DNA from: Octopus bimaculoides
Lineage: Eukaryota
Length of the DNA stretch: 64,000 bases
Direction of reading: 5' to 3'
NCBI RefSeq assembly: GCF_001194135.2
Contig: NC_068981.1
Span: 125,332,422-125,396,421 of the forward strand
Below, piece by piece: positions 62,495 to 64,000 of this stretch; position 1 is the first letter of the stretch, and each line of letters opens with the position of its first letter. Position numbers and translations under genes: made by a program. The notes beneath the pieces are model-generated. The model searched no databases and was not told the DNA's origin. It saw nothing but the letters and a program-made list of their open reading frames with translations.

Positions 62495-62670
62495 TGCAAC
62501 AACAACAACAACAACAACAACAACATCAAAAAATACCTCAGGAATGAGAACCCAGGTTCGAAATTTCCCCAAGACACCTGATGAAGGCTGAAGGTTATAT
62601 CAGCTGAAATGTTGTGTTAACAACAAACAAGATGAGGACAAATATCCGTCAAATGTAAATAATGTAAACA
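62495..62670 (+). mobile_element. Penelope-like terminal-repeat remnant
   Basis: (CAA)n, then ...gacacCTGATGAaggctgaaggttatatcagctGAAAtgttgtgtt..., the hammerhead-bearing architecture typical of PLE terminal repeats. Confidence 0.6.
62573..62618 (+). ncRNA. Minimal type I hammerhead ribozyme motif
   Basis: Stem I gacac (62573-77) / gtgtt (62614-18); core CUGAUGA 62578-84; stem II ggctga (62586-91) / tcagct (62600-05); GAAA 62606-09; near-palindromic AUGU stem III; NUH = GUU at 62611-13. Confidence 0.6.
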
Positions 62671-63284
62671 ATGAAGAATTATAGGTATTTGTAAGACAAG
62701 GATTAGTAGGATCAGTATGTGATATTGAGAACACTGACTTCTATTGTATGAATTTTGTTAAAGTCAATCTCAGCACTCTGTTGTTATTATTCAGTCTATT
62801 CATTGTCAGTAATCCTATATTCTTTCATTATTGAGTTGCATCCTTTTTTATTTCTGATAGGGAGTAAAAAGTAATTGTCTGCTTACTTCTACAACCCAAA
62901 ACATTCTGCAAAGCAGAAGTAGCAACCAATTTTCCAAACACATCAACCAGTTATTTGTCCTCAGTCACAAAGCCAAACCCTTGGTTTAGTCCCATTTTGT
63001 CTCACTACATTTCAGGTGATACATTCCTGCATAAACCCACATAACACTGATATCAGAACTAGCTATCACCAGTTAACATTCTTCAAATGATTCTTATTGT
63101 TCTTGAACTGGATTTAAAATTACAATGAGGTTAGGTACCTGAAAATAATGATTTAGGGAGTCCCTTGTTCTAAATGGCACCATACAAAGCTCAGTTATAT
63201 GATAAGAAGTATGTAAAGATGTCTATGGCAAGTGACCTTTATTGGACATCAAACAAATATGTTGTTAATATGGACATGTGATAT

Positions 63285-63470
63285 CAATCATTTTGGTTGG
63301 GGGTAAGTGGATTACAAAGACCCCAGTGCTCAACTGGCACTTATTTTATTGACCCCAAAAGGTTGAAAGGCAAAGTTGACCTCAGCAGAATTTGAACTCA
63401 GAACATATAGAAGGATGAAATGTTGCTAAGCATTTTGCCCAGCATGCTAATGATTCTGCCAGCTCACCAT
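63285..63470 (-). mobile_element. SINE family B
   Basis: cccagtgctcaactggcacttattttattgacccc...aaggcaaagttgacctcagcagaatttgaactcagaac...ctaagcattttgccc...gattctgccagctcacc. Confidence 0.8.
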
Positions 63471-63639
63471 GTATACAAAAGTTGGTAGCAGAAGATATAA
63501 ATACTAAAAATAGTCGAAAGAATGAAATTACTTACTTTATGATCATAGATGATATGGTGTAGACTAAAGACATATGAAAACACATAAGCTTTAGAATTTA
63601 TCCAACGAATGCTGGGATGGATAACAGAAATAGTAACTA

Positions 63640-63740
63640 AATGATGCTGATGATGAAAGATGGCAAGTATGATGATGATGACGATGATGATGGTGATGGT
63701 GATGATGACAGTGAAGATTGTGATGATGAAGATGGTGCTG
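63640..63740. repeat. Degenerate (GAT)n tract
   Basis: Direct reading. Confidence 0.85.
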
Positions 63741-63933
63741 GCTAATTTCCATAAGTATTTGAGAGCTCAATTCCAAGATTCAAACTATTGATTAATACCA
63801 AATCCATCTGCTTCACATTACATTACATAAAATGGGGCATAAAACTGATTAAATAAACTTTATTGCTGTCTAATATCTATATAAGGAACTGTAGTGTCTG
63901 TTAACACAAACATTAAAGTATGCCACATGAGGA

Positions 63934-64000
63934 TTAACCCTTTCGTTACCAACCCGGCTGAAACCGGCTATGGCTCTGTAGTACAAATGTCTTGTTTTCA
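63934..64000. mobile_element. Start of a TTAA-flanked MITE running off the window
   Basis: TTAACCCTTTCGTTACC terminus, same family as 11616-12099. Confidence 0.7.

Noticed and set aside
63591-63776. His-rich ORF (Asp-rich on the other strand)
   Set aside because: Degenerate (GAT)n tract like many LINE/SINE tails in the window.

Overview
AT-rich, intron-like or intergenic eukaryotic DNA with five N gaps. The tRNA-derived SINE repertoire, dense (TA)n/(CA)n/(TAA)n/(GAT)n microsatellites and TE mix are most consistent with an octopus (coleoid cephalopod) genome; this is an inference, not a database result. No intact protein-coding gene was found. The best host-gene signal is a probable first coding exon at 60701-60882 (+) ending in AG|GTAAGA. 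The rest is mostly decayed mobile DNA: a truncated Ty3/Gypsy element (LTR, PBS, gag, protease, RT, start of RNase H; ~4026-6735); two copies of a zinc-knuckle ORF1/gag-like element; RTE, R4/Dong-like, Tx1/L1-like, CR1/L2-like, HERO-like and Penelope-like LINE remnants; two mariner fossils; hAT and BEL/Pao fragments; TTAA- and TA-flanked MITEs; and dozens of SINEs in four families that I label A-D. Most interesting: a Penelope-type minimal hammerhead ribozyme motif (62573-62618), a second decayed one at the end of a Penelope-like fossil (~7784-7823, minus), several inverted SINE pairs and fold-backs that would give long dsRNA if transcribed, ORF1-only elements, a 14-mer shared by two TATA-containing leaders, and an unexplained multi-hairpin island (18728-18848). 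All calls are by eye; boundaries of degenerate elements are approximate.
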